In this document: positions 60,960 through 64,000 of the stretch, piece by piece | Numbering within the stretch: position 1 is the first letter of the stretch | Layout: every line of letters begins with the position of its first letter | From: Massalongia carnosa | Lineage: Eukaryota | DNA: 64,000 bases | NCBI GenBank assembly: GCA_965645245.1 | Contig: OZ287075.1 | Location: forward strand, 868,001-932,000 | Direction of reading: 5' to 3' | Position numbers and translations under genes: made by a program | The notes under the pieces: generated by a model | Seen by the model: the letters and a program-made list of their open reading frames with translations, nothing else | Told to the model about the DNA's origin: nothing | The model's database searches: none

Positions 60960-61960
60960 TGAGGCCACGTCATCAGATCAATAGCGTTGCTGCATTCTAT
61001 CGGCGCAGCCGGGCAGACTCGCAAAGGCCGCCATCGATTGGGGCGAGGCCAACACCCGTGGGACTCCATTCAACCGTTGTTCATCTTCACAGTAAAGCCC
61101 TTCAGCGCCAGGTCATCACTGCCATGGAGCAGCCCCTGTCAACGCAGTCAGGCAGACAATAGGGAAGCCTGAGCGCTCCTAATTTCGACAAGGCAATTTC
61201 TTCAGTGGTTGTGTAGCAGCTATCGCGTGATCCAAGAGTTTCTTCGCCCTGGAATCCTTCCTTGCCGCAAGCTGACGACCTCCAGAGTCGAAATTCAGCT
61301 AAGCGGTGATGAAACAGTCCTTGATCAAAATAGATAGAGGCGCAGAGGTCCAGAGCGGCAGAGTCGAGGGCATAAGGGCCTTTAGCTCGTCCCACGATGA
61401 AACCGTGGTTCGACCTGAGCTGCAATAGAGGCGCGAAGATACAAACCAACGAATGAAGGGGCGCGGTTCTGTTCGAGGCCACGTCACCAGATCAACGGCA
61501 TTACTGTATCTTATCGGCGCAGTCGGGCAGACTCGCAAAGGCCGCCGTCGCTGGAGGCGAGGCCAACACCCGGTTCAGCTGACCAATTGTTCATCTCCAC
61601 ACTAAAAGCCCTTCAGCGCTAGGTCATCATTACCATGAAGGAATCCCTGTCAATGCAGCCCGGCAGACATGTGGGAAGCCTGAGCGCTCGCAGTTTCGAT
61701 AAGGCATTTGCTTCCTTGGTTGTGTAACAGTTATCGTGTGACCCAAGAAAATTTTTCGCCCTAAAATCCTTGCGTCACTAGCTAACGACCTCCAAGGTGG
61801 AAATCCAGCTAAGCGACGATGAAAAAGTCCTTGGTCGAGGTCCAGAGCGACAGAGTCGAGGGCATGAAGGCCTTCAGCTCGTCCCACATGAAACCGTAAT
61901 TCGACCTAAGCTGCAGTAGGGGCGTGAAGATGCCGACAACAAATGAAGGGACGCGGTTCC
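60960..61960. repeat. Diverged tandem duplication of a ~500-bp GC-rich unit
   Basis: Units ~60960-61473 and ~61474-61960; both start GAGGCCACGTCA, share GGGCAGACTCGCAAAGGCCGCC, and end near ATGAAGGG(G/A)CGCGGTTC. Confidence 0.8.
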
Positions 61961-62311
61961 ATCACTGACTCAAGGATTCGATTAGAGCGGACGGGTCCGG
62001 ATGGACGAGGATGATGGAATCGGGGGCCAACTATCCTTGCGAACGCGATTGACCAAATGCCTTATGCAAGGTCGGGACCGACGATCGGCGATGACCGGTA
62101 GAAGGAGGCGAAGACCCAGGAAGAAACGAGGAGACGGCCGGTGCGAAAGGGGAAGATGGAAGGGAAAGAGAAAACAGCGAGGGGCGGAGGGTCTTTTATA
62201 CCTTCAGAAAAGCGGCAGGCCGGGGCGCGCATGACGCTTGGCCCGAAAGGGTCGCGCTCAACCCGTTTCGGGCGCGGCTTGCCTCGAAGCACCCTTTCGC
62301 CGTCCCCTCGT

Positions 62312-62369
62312 TTATAGATAAATTTTGATTTAATAACGGTTGATTAGAATCGACGACAGCTTTCTTACA
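62312..62369 (+). repeat. R/U5-like end of an LTR related to the chromovirus at 2579-8915
   Basis: TAGATAAATTTTGATTTAATAACGGTTGATTAGAATCGACGACAGCTTTCTTACA closely matches 2738-2792. Confidence 0.7.
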
Positions 62370-62986
62370 TAAAAAGTCATGAACGAAGACAATAAAGATA
62401 AAGAGGAAAGAAAGACTCGAAAGGTCGGACTCGCCCCTATAAAGCAACGCACTCTAGTCCTCATGCAGTAAGGTGGCGAAAGAGTTTTCCGCGCTATCTC
62501 GTGAACAGGTCCATCTACGGTTTCCGTAGGTGCTCGATTAGGCTTAGTTTCCTAAAGGAAAAAGGTAGATTCGTGACAGACTCGATGTCTCATCGAACAA
62601 ATATCAAGAATAAAAAAAATTTCATATGATATAATTCATATAACTTTACCCGCATGAGCCGATCTACCATTGATGTCATATTGAAGTATAAATATCTCAT
62701 TATTATCATAATTCGATAAATAAATCTTAGACAATCAATTTTTCTGCCTCTTTAACGGGTAAAGTCGAGACTTTGCGTGTTTTTCTCTGTATTATTCATA
62801 TGTTTGTTAGCTTAATACCACAGCGCTTCCGAGAACTTTTTCGTACCGTCTATTCTCTGTAATGGTTTACGATATTTGAGAGTTACGGAATACAAGCCTA
62901 TCGCATTTCATGTTTATTAACTTCGGAAATCTCAATAGGGCAACATTCAAAAGCTCAACCTGTATCAAATAAACATCTCATCAAGA

Positions 62987-64000
62987 ATGCCAGTTGCATC
63001 TGAGAACCCCGCTTCGGAACCTTTACTACGCACGCATTCAACCTTGGCTCTTCCAAATGAGCTACTTCTCCTAGCTGAAAGGCAATGGATTTTCACAGAG
63101 TCAGAACTTCTACGAACGCCTTCTGTGTTAGATGGCCTCACTCCAGAAAAGGAACGTGAGAATCGAGGAAAAGGTGTGAATTTCATTTTACAAGTAGGGA
63201 TTATGCTCAGGCTTCCCCAAATCACCCTAGCCACTGCCTCTGTCTTCCTTCACCGGTTTTATATACGTCACTCTATGGTCAATCTTTCAAATCGATCAGG
63301 ATTTCACTACTATTCTATGGCCGCCACAAGTCTTTTTCTGGCAACCAAGGTAGAGGAGAATTGTCGCAAGATGAAAGAGTTGGTTGTCGCATGTGTAAGA
63401 GTCGCACAGAAGGATCCACATAAAGCGGTAGACGAGCAAGACAAGGAATATTGGAGATGGAAAGACAACATCTTGCACAACGAAGATCTACTCTTGGAGG
63501 CAATCTGTTTTGACCTTAGTCTGGAACCCCCGTACAAGACTTTGTTTGAGCTATTGGTTCGCTTTGGCGAGGAGACCAACAAACGCTTACGGAATGCAGC
63601 ATGGGCCTTTATTAACGATAGTTGTCTCACCGTGTTGTGCTTGTTATTTCCAAGCAGGACTATTGCCGCGAGTGCCCTTTACGCTGCAGCAAAGCATTGT
63701 GGTATTTCCTTTCCCGACGATGAGTACGGACGACCATGGTGGGATGCTGCGGGCATTGAACTAAAAGACATTCGAAAATCATGCAACTTTATGGCAGGAG
63801 TTTATGAAAACGCCCATACGAGAAGTGGTCGAGATGGCAGTATCTATGGGCGTACACCAGAGGACGGGGACGAAAAGGATGCAAAGACTCGGGCGATTTT
63901 AGGCGGTGCTTCGGGGCTGATAGAAGATGAAGCTAGCGAATCTGGTGTCTCGTCGGCTTCTGTCTCAAACCATGAGCGAAGAGGCAGAAAACATACAACA
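62987..64000 (+). CDS. Transcriptional cyclin (cyclin T/K, Pch1-like); runs off the window end
   Basis: QWIFTESELLRTPS, RGKGVNFILQVGIMLRLPQITLATASVFLHRFY, SLFLATKVEENCRKMKE and AAWAFINDS; absent from the ORF track because no stop lies in the window. Confidence 0.92.
   Translation, partial: MPVASENPASEPLLRTHSTLALPNELLLLAERQWIFTESELLRTPSVLDGLTPEKERENRGKGVNFILQVGIMLRLPQITLATASVFLHRFYIRHSMVNLSNRSGFHYYSMAATSLFLATKVEENCRKMKELVVACVRVAQKDPHKAVDEQDKEYWRWKDNILHNEDLLLEAICFDLSLEPPYKTLFELLVRFGEETNKRLRNAAWAFINDSCLTVLCLLFPSRTIAASALYAAAKHCGISFPDDEYGRPWWDAAGIELKDIRKSCNFMAGVYENAHTRSGRDGSIYGRTPEDGDEKDAKTRAILGGASGLIEDEASESGVSSASVSNHERRGRKHTT

Noticed and set aside
55800..62600. Starship giant transposon
   Set aside because: No tyrosine recombinase (DUF3435) ORF or boundary repeats recognisable in the window

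Overview
Eukaryotic DNA from a filamentous ascomycete (short GT-AG introns, fungal gene families). A compact block of housekeeping genes (TFIIB, ATP synthase subunit h, aquaglyceroporin, DUF1765 protein; about 11.9-20.3 kb) and a cyclin T/K-type gene at the right edge sit among deeply nested transposons. Left nest: a LINE 3' end, then a non-coding LTR element whose LTR is hit by two stacked solo LTRs and a self-priming chromoviral Ty3/Gypsy. Central nest (20-55 kb): MITEs, a pogo relic, two Tc1/DD34E elements, several solo LTRs, and two copies of a Ty3/Gypsy family making 4-bp target duplications. One copy is intact with apparently identical LTRs. The other is interrupted by an RT-less Copia and truncated at a hAT terminus. 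Most notable is that Gypsy family viewed as a system: a conserved third ORF after pol with mostly synonymous differences and a possible splice acceptor, a TTTAAAC -1 frameshift with a covarying stem, a 25-nt palindrome and a PPT-adjacent hairpin both retained in a non-coding relative, and gag/pol mosaicism. A disrupted FunK1 kinase and a ~500-bp tandem duplication lie near the right end. All coordinates, alignments and identities were read by eye; no searches were run.
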